A stretch of DNA of 63,840 bases, the filler included, from Aduncisulcus paluster (taxonomy: Eukaryota), in NCBI GenBank assembly GCA_024181965.1. It is 12 parts of 12 records of this genome, joined end to end, with 100 filler letters (N's around TTAATTAATTAA, not from the genome) between each part and the next. Parts side by side here need not be neighbours in the genome. Positions count along the whole stretch, not along the records: positions 34,333 to 48,942 come from BQXS01011378.1; 11 more parts are not named here. One strand, written 5' to 3'. The translations under genes were made by a program, and so were the position numbers. Each line of letters opens with the position of its first letter. The first letter of the stretch is position 1. This document shows positions 36,508 through 46,804 of the stretch, piece after piece. Under the pieces are notes generated by a model. That model was not told where the DNA came from. It worked only from the letters and a program-made list of their open reading frames with translations, and made no database searches.

Positions 36508-36879
36508 ATGAGCATCATAAATTTAACCTCAAAGGATCCTTTTTCCGACATTGAAAAGGAGGAAAAGGATCCTATTGAAGGACCTGCTGTTCCTGTCAAG
36601 AAGGGACCTTCCGTTGTCCACATTCACATGAAACAAAGAAAATCACGTAAGTACGTGACTATCGTGAAAGGGATAAATCCCAGATTTGATTTTTCCCTGA
36701 TTTTGAAGGAATTTAAAAAGAAATCTGGTTGTAATGGAGTTGTAATGGAAAAAAATAATGATGCTGGGGAAATGTGGAAAGAAATCCATCTTCAAGGAGA
36801 TCATAGGTTTTCAATGAAAGCATTTTTACTCGAAAATGGTCTTGCAAAAAAAGAAAGAATTAAAGTTCATGGAGGGTGA
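36508..36879 (+). CDS. EIF1: Translation initiation factor eIF1/SUI1
   Basis: DPF, VHIHMKQRKSRKYVTIVKGI, FKKKSGCNG, IHLQGDHR, IKVHG. Confidence 0.93.
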   Translation: MSIINLTSKDPFSDIEKEEKDPIEGPAVPVKKGPSVVHIHMKQRKSRKYVTIVKGINPRFDFSLILKEFKKKSGCNGVVMEKNNDAGEMWKEIHLQGDHRFSMKAFLLENGLAKKERIKVHGG

Positions 36880-37017
36880 TCATATCTTGCTATCTAGGTT
36901 CCTGAATAAAATAATTGACCATGAAAAACATTTATGAACGATTTCAATGCTATTCAATAACATGGATATATTTCCACTTCATTTTTATCCTTATCCTTGC
37001 CTTTCTGTTCATTTTCA

Positions 37018-38310
37018 CTTGCTTTTGCTTACAATCAAAAATATCAAGAACTCGGAATACGATGCTATACACATGTCTGTATACTGCCACGAATATAATC
37101 CCCTGATGCTTCATGGAACACAACATTTCCCCGCAGTCAAATCCAACTCCATCTCCAACTCCAGCTCCAACTCTAATTCAAATTCCAACTCCAACTCCAC
37201 TGCTAGATCATGATCATCTGATACATTTAATGCTGAGCTTTGTGCTATTTCACCCTAGCTTGACAATGTGACAATCATGGAAAGTGATATCGTTGGTTTT
37301 TGGATTTGCAGTTGGAATAGGTATGGTTATCAGTGTTTGGGATGAAGCCTTTCTTACATTAAGTGTTGGTGAAAGAGCCACGATTGTAATCAAATCGATC
37401 CTGATTATGGTTATGGTGCCCGTGGAGCTGGCGATTCTATTCCACCTGATTCCACTCTCATATTTGATGTTGAATTATTAGGAATCAAGAAATAACGCCT
37501 GAAAAGAACAAACGAATTGATTTTATTGGTTTTTAGATATATTTTCTCTTGCTTTTGCTTACAATCAAAAATATCAAGAACTCGGAATACGATGCTATAC
37601 ACATGTCTGTATACTGCCACGAATATAATCCCCTGATGCTTCATGGAACACAACATTTCCCCGCAGTCAAATCCAACTCCATCTCCAACTCCAGCTCCAA
37701 CTCTAATTCAAATTCCAACTCCAACTCCACTGCTAGATCATGATCATCTGATACATTTAATGCTGAGCTTTGTGCTATTTCACCCTAGCTTGACAATGTG
37801 ACAATCATGGAAAGTGATATCGTTGGTTTTTGGATTTGCAGTTGGAATAGGTATGGTTATCAGTGTTTGGGATGAAGCCTTTCTTACATTAAGTGTTGGT
37901 GCCAACTCCATCTCCAACTCCAGCTCCAACTCTAATTCAAATTCCAACTCCAACTCCACTGCTAGATCATGATCATCTGATACATTTAATGCTGAGCTTT
38001 GTGCTATTTCACCCTAGCTTGACAATGTGACAATCATGGAAAGTGATATCGTTGGTTTTTGGATTTGCAGTTGGAATAGGTATGGTTATCAGTGTTTGGG
38101 ATGAAGCCTTTCTTACATTAAGTGTTGGTGAAAGAGCCACGATTGTAATCAAATCGATCCTGATTATGGTTATGGTGCCCGTGGAGCTGGCGATTCTATT
38201 CCACCTGATTCCACTCTCATATTTGATGTTGAATTATTAGGAATCAAGAAATAACGCCTGAAAAGAACAAACGAATTGATTTTATTGGTTTTTAGATATA
38301 TTTTCTCTTG
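37018..38310 (+). repeat. Exact tandem duplications (period 530 bp, then a partial copy from about 37902) containing an (AACTCC)-type tract and an FKBP fragment
   Basis: CTTGCTTTTGCTTACAATC at 37018 and 37548; third copy restarts at CCAACTCCATCTCC near 37902. Confidence 0.85.
37290..37495 (+). pseudogene. FKBP-type peptidyl-prolyl isomerase fragment (second copy about 38050-38254)
   Basis: [29 protein letters not shown], frameshift, then [33 protein letters not shown]-terminal half missing. Confidence 0.8.
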
Positions 38311-38520
38311 CTCAGAAATCAAAGTTCTCAAAACCAGTTTGTGAATCTCTTTCCGGGACAATACATTGAATGCATTGCATTCGACTTCCATTTCCAACTC
38401 TTTGGCCCAATGACATATGGATTTTGTCCAACAATCTAGAATAAAGACCCCGGAAATAAAAACAGGTGCTTTTTTTTATTATTCTTCACACAATATTAGT
38501 ATTTCACACCATTTCTTGAA

Positions 38521-39634
38521 TTATTTCCATGGAAGTAGAGATACTCGTTCAGCTGCAATGGTTTCACGTGAAATAGTAAAAACAAGGGAGCGGATGTAGA
38601 AATATCGACTATTCTTCTTTTCCCACATACCTTTCCCTTCAATTTCACACAATACAACATTATCCAAGTCAATAGGAAGGAAGTGCAATTCATATTTATG
38701 TTCAGGTCTTGTGAATTCATACTTTTTGTTTATCTTCTTACCATCACAATCAGTGAAAGTGAAGAGAAGAGAGGGTGAACTGATATCCTTAATCACACAG
38801 ATATAAGCACCTTTCATGGGACAAGGTGATGAGAAAGGGATGGAAAGATGGGATAAGCAAACACCATCTTTCCCTTTTAACATTTTTTGTGCATCTGAAC
38901 TCCGGTCATAATACTGAGATCCCTTACTATACAAATCATTCTTGCACTTAACCATTGAGAATGAAGGATCTACAAGCTTTGGATCATCACGTGGAATGGG
39001 AATAGAATATCTACCTTCAGAATCATAACCTCCTTCCTTAACAAACTCTGCTTTCACAACTGGAGTTTCAGACCATTGTTTCTCTCTGGCTTTACGAGCT
39101 TTGATTTCTTCATAAGATTCTTCTCTAATGAAAACAAGGGAGGGGATTCCAAAATACCTTTCCTCTCTTCCTTTCCCTGTAATCTCACACAGAACAACAT
39201 CAGGGAGATCAACAGGAAGGAAATACCAATGATAATCTTCAAATTCGGGAAATTCGTATTTTTTGGATGTTTTCTCACCCTTTGAAGATGTGAGAGTGAA
39301 GATAAGATGTGATGGAGGTGAAGCCCAAGATCTACCATATAGAGAGATATAAGCCCCTTTCATTGGGGAAGATGAAGAGAAAGGAATGGAGATATGGGTA
39401 AAATCCCCTTCATTATACTCTCCTTTCACCATCTCTTTTGCAGTATAACTCTGATTGTACCCTAATTTACCTTCCTTGGTTCCATCTATTGCTTTGATAG
39501 TTGGAAGGTTTGCACTCTTAATATTGGGGGCATCTCCAGGAATTGGACAACAAGCCTGGACAGCAATGGTATTCTCCTTCATGAACAAACTCAGGTTTCA
39601 CAGTTTGAATAACAGAAGCTATGGATGAACTCAT
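38521..39634 (-). CDS. Lineage-specific two-repeat protein (SIPF..PMKGAYI family); 5' frameshift, possible pseudogene
   Basis: Paralog of 52406-53524. ATG 39634 (MSSSIASVIQTVKPEFVHEG) is out of frame with the main ORF owing to a short duplication (TGCTGTCCA/TGTTGTCCA) near 39545-39570. Confidence 0.7.
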
Positions 39635-39924
39635 TTGTACACTTTCAGTTGAACCCATTTGAATAGAGAGAATATCTTATCTAAAAAATAAAAACAAGCA
39701 GAATAATGAATGAATCCGGTTAAAATATTTCTTAATATATATTTAATAAAAGATGCGACATATAGTAAACATACAATTTGCTTGTTTGCCAAGACACCGA
39801 AAAAATGGACTGAACTTGCAACCCTTCAATAGATAAGATTGGAAATCTAAAGAACACATATAAACGAATTAAATGCTGGTAAATGATAAAAACATGCTTT
39901 ATTTTCATTTCCATGTTTTTTCTC

Positions 39925-40204
39925 GATATCTCAGGCTTTTTGGGACCCCTCAGGACTCCATATAGTTCTATTTCACGTGTTAAGAACATTTATGAATGAT
40001 TACAGTGCTATTCAATAACATGGATATATTTCCATTTCATTTTTATCCTTATCCTAAGCTTTTCCGAAAAAACCGTTATTTCCGAGTGACTCGGGTTTTT
40101 CTGGGCATTTGTGTCTCGACTCGAGAATAACTTATTCTATATCGGATATCTCAGGCTTTTGGAGAACCCTCAGGACTGGATATAGTTCTATTTCACGTGT
40201 TAAG
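39925..40204. repeat. Imperfect 60-bp direct repeat (39925-39984, 40145-40204)
   Basis: GATATCTCAGGCTTTT..CCCTCAGGACT..ATATAGTTCTATTTCACGTGTTAAG twice. Confidence 0.85.
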
Positions 40205-40365
40205 CGTGCACGGCTGGAATTAGCCGCCAACCGTCAGACGGCTGTGGCCGTGCACGGCCACAAACGCATTTATCTCGGAAACTTTCCAAAGTTGAACTTT
40301 CCGGTTGGCAGAGTAAACAGAAGGCTTCCGAGCCTGAGGGCACGAGTGGAAACACAGGGCCTCTA
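40205..40365. other. GC-rich palindrome/hairpin cluster (non-autonomous element or structured RNA candidate)
   Basis: Perfect 20-bp palindrome 40243-40262 plus several further inverted repeats. Confidence 0.55.
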
Positions 40366-40529
40366 TGTGAGATTCAATCTATATGAAAGTTTAATATTGC
40401 TTGTAATTCTAGACCCCCTTTTGGAAAGCTGGGGATTATCCTTTATTTACTGGGGGGTTGCTCACGATATTAAGTCCAATAAATGCTTTATTTTCTATAA
40501 ACTTCATAGATAATTGAATTTCTGTTTTT

Positions 40530-41669
40530 TTACTTTTTACGACCCAAGTGAAACCATTTTTTCTTTTCTTTCTTGGTTTCATGTGAGTCTTGTTTTTCAG
40601 AAGCTGCCTTTTCATCTTCCAACCTCTTCTTTTCGAATGCAATGGCTTGTCTCTTCATCTCTTCGGGAGTGATCCCAACTCTATTGCAGGCATCTGAAGC
40701 AGCCCCAAGTTCCGGTTTATAAGTGCCATATAAACCGCTTGTCTTTGTCGTCGAGTGTGTTGGCATAGTCCTTGGCATTGTACGGGAGGAGAAGTTGCCT
40801 GGTCTCACCAATCCTGCCCGATCAATGGGGGAAATTTCGATTGTCTGGCCTTGACGCATCGTATCAACTTCTTCTTTCGCCTGCTTCAACAATAAATTGA
40901 GGGAACGGATTCGAGTTTGACTTGAGTGGTCTTTAACCTTATAGTCTTCAAGCTCTTTCTCTACCTCTTCCAACTTATCCAATGCTTCAAGCCACTTGCG
41001 ATTGGCCTCCTCAGCCTCTTCTTTTATCTTCATGAAAGAGCCCTGGATGCTTGTGGGATCCACAGAAGCAACAGGAGCACTCTGTTTGTACGATTCTTTT
41101 AGGGCAGAAATTCGAGCTTCATACAGTTGGACGGATTTGGATGCCTCTTGTTCAACTTCTCGAGAGGTTTTGAGAGCCTTCAGAGTCTCTTGTTCAGCAT
41201 GTTGGAGATTGGCGGCATAAGCATCTCGTTGCCCACAAGCTTCTTCAAGTTTGATTTGGAGCTCCATAACCTGCGATTCAAGTTTCTTTATATCAGCACT
41301 ATCAACTAGTTCAGGTATTGGTTCGGCTTCAACCTTTTTAGCAACCTCTTCTTCAAGGATTTCAATTTTTTTAAGTAAAACAGTTATATTATCTTCACAA
41401 ACCCCAATTTTAGCTTCATGAAGCTTTTTTGGAATCATTTCTTCCATTTCTTTCTGTAAAGAATCAATTGTATTGGTCAATTCTTCATTATTTGTACAAA
41501 CCTGCTCCAATTCATCTTGCAACATAACAACAATATCTTTTGTCGTATCTTTACATTCTTCATCATATTTAGCAGCCTTTGGTGCGTATTCTGCCACTTT
41601 TGCCTCAAGAGAAAAGCAACGTTTCTCAAGACGAATAATTTTATCTTCCAATGCTTCTTCTTCTTCCAT
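40530..41669 (-). CDS. Coiled-coil protein
   Basis: ATG 41669 (MEEEEALEDK); heptad-rich E/K/L. Confidence 0.75.
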   Translation of the reverse strand: MEEEEALEDKIIRLEKRCFSLEAKVAEYAPKAAKYDEECKDTTKDIVVMLQDELEQVCTNNEELTNTIDSLQKEMEEMIPKKLHEAKIGVCEDNITVLLKKIEILEEEVAKKVEAEPIPELVDSADIKKLESQVMELQIKLEEACGQRDAYAANLQHAEQETLKALKTSREVEQEASKSVQLYEARISALKESYKQSAPVASVDPTSIQGSFMKIKEEAEEANRKWLEALDKLEEVEKELEDYKVKDHSSQTRIRSLNLLLKQAKEEVDTMRQGQTIEISPIDRAGLVRPGNFSSRTMPRTMPTHSTTKTSGLYGTYKPELGAASDACNRVGITPEEMKRQAIAFEKKRLEDEKAASEKQDSHETKKEKKKWFHLGRKK

Positions 41670-41893
41670 TTCAATTGACAAAAAAACGATTTTTAGAACG
41701 ATGCCATCGTGGCTCAAAATCTTGGAGATATTGAATCCAAAATAAAATATCATTGTTTATTTTCCACATCATAATATTTTTACCTGCTATATTTGAGAAT
41801 AATTACCACAACAAACAATTTCCGAAATTCTCTGGTCGAGAATTGTGGTTTTGGCGGGGCATTACTGTAAAGTGTAGGACAGCATAGTATAAA

Positions 41894-42846
41894 ATGTCTT
41901 TACTTGCATCCGAAATTAAGATTTTGGATAGACAAGTTCGAACCTGGGGTATTGAAGCCCAATTGAAGTATGTTTTCCCCTCTTGCAGGTATTTTATGAT
42001 TATGTTTTTTTTATTTATATTCATTATTCTAGAATTAAAAAGAGCTGTGTCATGATTATTGGTTCTTCTCCTTTTGCTTCAGAAATTATGAAAAATACTG
42101 TTCTAGCGTGTCCAAAAGAACTAGTAGTGGGGATTTATGAAGAAGAAATCACTAGTGATATCATTGATCAATCCTTTTTATTAACAAAAGCTGATATTGA
42201 TTCATTCAAACCCGGGAACACAGCTCAACTCTTTTCGGACAGAATCGGTCAATTATCTCCATTTGTGAAGGTATTCTACGCTAAACTTATTATAAAAGAC
42301 AACGAATATTATGTTTCATCGACTAATTGTCCACATATAAAGCCTGATTCTTTCTTATCTTCTTCCCTATGTTCATTTAATCTCGTTATTGGTTGTTCTA
42401 TCCTTCACGGCCCACAAATACATGCTTTATTCTCTCTTGCAACAGTTATGAGCCCCGATACCACGATATATCTTGGCGATATGTCGCGTAAACTAGGGTT
42501 TATGTTCCCTCTTCACACATCCACATTATCATTGCTCAAAAAGACCGAAAAGGAGAGAAAAGACTCATTATCTGAGATAGAACAGCGTCGTTTACATAGA
42601 TACACAGGAAAATTCCCCGAGATAGCCTCTACTCTTCTCTCTCTCCTCGAATCTCCCCATTCTATTCCCCCTTCTTCCCCTGCTCTCCCTTTTCCTGCTC
42701 TTCACTTCCTCCCATTGTCTGTATCAATCGGAGCATTGTGCTCTGTATATGCAGTTAATGCTCTGAGTGGTTCTGGAGACCAGTTAGATGGCTGGTTTAT
42801 TTGCGATCTTGAAAAGGATACTGCAATTATTGAGAACTGGAAATAA
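41894..42846 (+). CDS. SAE1: E1 activating-enzyme subunit, SAE1/Aos1-like (ThiF fold); exons 41894-41967 and 42033-42846
   Basis: LDRQVRTWGIEAQ, intron GTATGT..TTCTAG, then IKKSCVMIIG..ASEIMKNTVLA; no catalytic-Cys domain. Confidence 0.75.
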
Positions 42847-43501
42847 AGTAAACATTATATTCTGCAATATGATCTTCTTATTCAATAGACAGTTTGGAAT
42901 TTTAACTGCAAGGCTCAATGAAGATGCCCTTCCACCTGAGCATTTGCACCCTCACACACCGGCATCCACTCTCTTCTCTCAGCAGGGCGATATGAATGAT
43001 ATCTCTCCAGTTCCCGCCCCTATGGTGTCTTCCATCCATGCCCGCATTGAGGGTGAGCTTCGAGCAGAACAGGAGGCTCGGTATGCATCACTCACACACG
43101 AGCAAGAACGGGTTCTGCTAGAAACAGCATCATCAACAATGTTAAGTGCTATTTATAGTATAAATAATGGTAGTACCATTTCCCATGTAAAGCTTTGAAT
43201 ATTAATATTGATCGTATTGATGGTGGTTAGCAAATTTTGTCAAAGATAACCGGTAATCGCCGGCTGATTTCGGTAGTTCATTAATAGGAAATTTATTCAA
43301 GATATCATGATGTTTTATGACATACAATCACAAAGAATGTCAAAATGTTACTATTTTGTAACATAATAAGACAATAACATAAATTTTCAAAAAGAAATAA
43401 TACCCAAAATTATGCACAAATAACAATCCAACCTTGGACTCCAACCGTTGAATCTCAACCACAAAACCTCCGAAATACACAGAGAATAAAATTCAAGCAA
43501 T

Positions 43502-46051
43502 CTATTCTCCATTCTTTGGGAGAGCAACAGGCATGACTTTTCGTATTTCTGTCTTCATTTTCTCAGGTTTTAATTGCACACCAGCGGCTTGAATCGCTGT
43601 CTCCTTCTTGACTTGGCCCACATCCAGAGCAGTGGCTCCTAACACAGTACTCAAAGAAGGGGTAGAAAGATCGGCTCGCCATCTTAACGCCCATTCAACA
43701 GCCTTTTTGTTATTGGTTCTCCATTTGGTGAAGAACTCGTCTCTTCTCTTCATCCGAGATTCAACGAGCACCTCCGTGGCTGGACACAACCCGGCAGCAT
43801 TGACTGGACACTCAGCACACAATGGATGTTTGGCGTGGCAGAGACTTTGGCCGAATCCAACAACCATCCCGTTGATAATTGTCCAACGGTTGATGCACAC
43901 ACCTCCATCAAGGGATGGTGAAGTGAAAGGCTCATCATACACAGCTCTAGTCACAGGTTGGGAGAGAGAACTAGTTCCCTGAGACACGGGGCCGGATGAT
44001 AATGAGCTTGGGGACTGAATGGTAGGAGAAGGAGGAGAGATATGGACAGCATGAGACGAGGCCAACCCACGGGTTGATGATTCAGAGGGAGATGCATCGG
44101 ATGTTGTTCCCATTGAGGGAAGACGAGGAGGATTGACGGGAACTTGAGAGTTGTTGGGAGAGAGGGGCAACGTGGAAGGATGACGAGGAACACGATCCAT
44201 AGGGAGAATGGTTGGGATACTCAGAGACCCAGGAAGGTCCTTCAAGGGGTCAGGACTGCCTCCAACCTTAGAGGGAGGCTCTTGAGAAAGTTTGGGGATC
44301 ATGCCAGGAGAGCTTTCAGTCTTTGGCACAGCTGGGGGGTGAATGTATTGTTGTCTACGATCTCCGTTTATCATTGATTGCTTTGGGATTCCAGACTCCA
44401 TAGTCTCCTTCTGAGCTGGAATACCAGCCATCTCAGGAATAGAAGCGTTGGGAATCGAAGAAGGGAATGAAACTGTTCCAATGCTCCCTTCAATTCCAAA
44501 TCCTGCCATCATATGCTGTGGAATAGTCCCATGTTGCATCATTGAACATAAAATGGCAGGATTTGGAATAGATGATGAACCCACGTCCATTGAGAGTGTG
44601 GGTGGTGGGATGGAAGGAATGCCGTGAGAACTAGCAGAACCCGAGGAAGAACGAACCCTAGGAACTGGAGGAGGCACAGGAATGCCCTGTAATCCATGCA
44701 TAGCGTCAAGAGAAGAGGGAATCATTGGAGGCATTCCAGCGGGGAGCGAGGAACCGCCGAGCAAATCGGGACGTCCGAGTTGAGACGCGGACATCCCCTG
44801 CGATGACATGAGAGCAGCCTGTGAGAGACCATCTGGCAGTGAAGATGAACCCATGGATTGACCAGACAAGGGCATGTGGTAACTAAGAGAAGGGAAACCG
44901 AACACGCTAGGATTGAGAGGTTGAGGGAAGCCAGTGTGTGAAATGGAAGGAATCGCTATCCCAGACCCACTCAATCCTGCCTGGTGCGATTGTCCGTGGA
45001 TACGTTGCATTGAGAGCCTATGTTGTTGAGCGCTTCCAGAGATGGTTCTACGCCCATGGTGAGGAGGAATATGATGAGAAATGACACTCCCAGAGGTGTC
45101 AATAGAACCTCCAAGTGGAATACCCCATTCTCCAAAGGCATTGGTATCTTCGATGTCTTGAGGAAGCCAAGCTTCAATGTAGCGACTTGTCAAATCCGGA
45201 GTAACTTTTGCTGGAGCCCAGCCCCATTTTTGAGTTATTCTTGTTACGTGAGTATCAGAGGAAATACCATCAGACCGATGGAAACAAATTTGAACATATA
45301 ATTGGGCCATCTTCATTCCTACACCAGGAAGAGTCTTAGCAAGGTCAATGGCTTTAAGGCTATCTGGTAAACGGCCATGAAATTGTTCCTTAATGATCCG
45401 AGCACACTGCTTCATGTATTTTGTCTTCCGATTGTAGAATCCTACTCCTTTAATCAACTTATTCAAATCATCTTCAGATGTCCTACATACAGACTCTACT
45501 GTAAGTCCTCCAGGAAGCTCCGTACATAGGTTTTTCACAGCAACGGCTGTGCATTCATCACGAGTTTGTGAACTTAGCAATAAAGAGACAAGAGTTTGGA
45601 ATTCTCTATCAACCATTGTATCCCGCACGTTATTTAAGCAATGGGCTCCACTTTTATCGATTTCAGCACGTCCTCTTTCAGTCCCACGGAAGGCACGGAC
45701 CAAAGTCCAAATAGGATACCAATCCGGTGGTGCACCGTGTGCATTAATTATCTTTCTTGGACGTCCTCGCTTACGGCTATGACTTGAATCATCTGTTTGT
45801 GCAGGGACAGTCGAATATGAAGCAGTAGATTGAGGTAATGAATATGGAGATATCCTACGAGTTTTTCTGAAATAATTTGGCTTTTTCCTTGGTCCATCTT
45901 CATATTCGGAAGATGATTCATAAATATCATTCTCTTCAGCTTCTTCTTCCTTCGCATATGTCGACTTGGCTTCACCATCATCAAATCTCTGGAAATTGAT
46001 TTTATCGATGCCACTCCTAAACCTTCGTTTTGATAAATGATGATCAGACAT
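43502..46051 (-). CDS. NTH1: Endonuclease III-like DNA glycosylase/AP lyase with AT-hook and about 420-aa insert
   Basis: FQTLVSLLLSSQTRD, VGFYNRK, HhH LPGVGMKMA, DTHVTRI, INGMVVGFGQSLC..PLCAECP..LC 4Fe-4S motif. Confidence 0.9.
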   Translation of the reverse strand: MSDHHLSKRRFRSGIDKINFQRFDDGEAKSTYAKEEEAEENDIYESSSEYEDGPRKKPNYFRKTRRISPYSLPQSTASYSTVPAQTDDSSHSRKRGRPRKIINAHGAPPDWYPIWTLVRAFRGTERGRAEIDKSGAHCLNNVRDTMVDREFQTLVSLLLSSQTRDECTAVAVKNLCTELPGGLTVESVCRTSEDDLNKLIKGVGFYNRKTKYMKQCARIIKEQFHGRLPDSLKAIDLAKTLPGVGMKMAQLYVQICFHRSDGISSDTHVTRITQKWGWAPAKVTPDLTSRYIEAWLPQDIEDTNAFGEWGIPLGGSIDTSGSVISHHIPPHHGRRTISGSAQQHRLSMQRIHGQSHQAGLSGSGIAIPSISHTGFPQPLNPSVFGFPSLSYHMPLSGQSMGSSSLPDGLSQAALMSSQGMSASQLGRPDLLGGSSLPAGMPPMIPSSLDAMHGLQGIPVPPPVPRVRSSSGSASSHGIPSIPPPTLSMDVGSSSIPNPAILCSMMQHGTIPQHMMAGFGIEGSIGTVSFPSSIPNASIPEMAGIPAQKETMESGIPKQSMINGDRRQQYIHPPAVPKTESSPGMIPKLSQEPPSKVGGSPDPLKDLPGSLSIPTILPMDRVPRHPSTLPLSPNNSQVPVNPPRLPSMGTTSDASPSESSTRGLASSHAVHISPPSPTIQSPSSLSSGPVSQGTSSLSQPVTRAVYDEPFTSPSLDGGVCINRWTIINGMVVGFGQSLCHAKHPLCAECPVNAAGLCPATEVLVESRMKRRDEFFTKWRTNNKKAVEWALRWRADLSTPSLSTVLGATALDVGQVKKETAIQAAGVQLKPEKMKTEIRKVMPVALPKNGE

Positions 46052-46804
46052 TCAAAATAAGTTATGGGGATGTGGTGGGGTGGTCGAAAGATGAACTATG
46101 GGAAAGATCTTACATACTCGTTTCCAGGCGGCGCAACCGGTATCTTCTACTATAACGGTTCTCTCCAAAATAAATTCATAAACAATGGAATTTTTTTGCA
46201 TGAATTCAAGCTTTCTATTCAAAATTGGTTTCAGTTTGATTGAACATGGAATTATTCGTGAGTTCTATCAATGATAAAATAATTCGGGAACCATCAGATA
46301 TCTCGGATCAAAATACATTAAATAATAAATTATTTAACAAATACATTATGAAAATTGACTTATTATTCTTAATAAGTGTCTTATTCGTGCAGGCCTGATC
46401 CGATCCGAGTCGCCGTCTCTGATGGTCTGTGAACCCTGAGCACAGATATTTTTTTGAAAAACTGTTGGTGCAGGAAATCTCTTTTTATAATTATTTCGGT
46501 CTTGAGCTACCGAGAACCTTGATTTGAAATCCGATTTCAGTAGTCCTGATTTTTATTTATATGACGGCAAACTCTATTTCAGTGAGTCACTGTTCAGATG
46601 GGTAAAAGAAATTGAATTTTTCATAATGACTCCACTGATTTGCTTAAAATCGCTATAAAAAATGAGAGAAGTTATTTGTATCGACGTTGGACTTGAACAC
46701 CCGGTGGGGGGGGCCCCCAGGATATATAGGACGTAACAGGATAGAAATGCGTTTTTCAAGTGTGTGAAAGTTTATTATTATAGGCGGTAGAATTTATTCT
46801 ACTG

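Noticed and set aside
36500-36512. Poor start context of eIF1 as autoregulation
   Set aside because: Other genes here (PDI ctaATG, LSm ttaATG) have equally weak contexts, so no contrast is visible.
40275-40432. RNase P/MRP RNA
   Set aside because: ACAGAA and TGGAAAC-like words occur, but no convincing CR-I/CR-V P4 consensus; needs a covariance search.
43886-45160. NTH1 insert as an intein
   Set aside because: No N-terminal Cys/Ser block, no His-Asn followed by Cys/Ser/Thr; low-complexity composition.
46624-46677. SECIS-like ATGA..AAA..GA
   Set aside because: Helix pairing is poor and no upstream TGA-containing selenoprotein ORF is evident.
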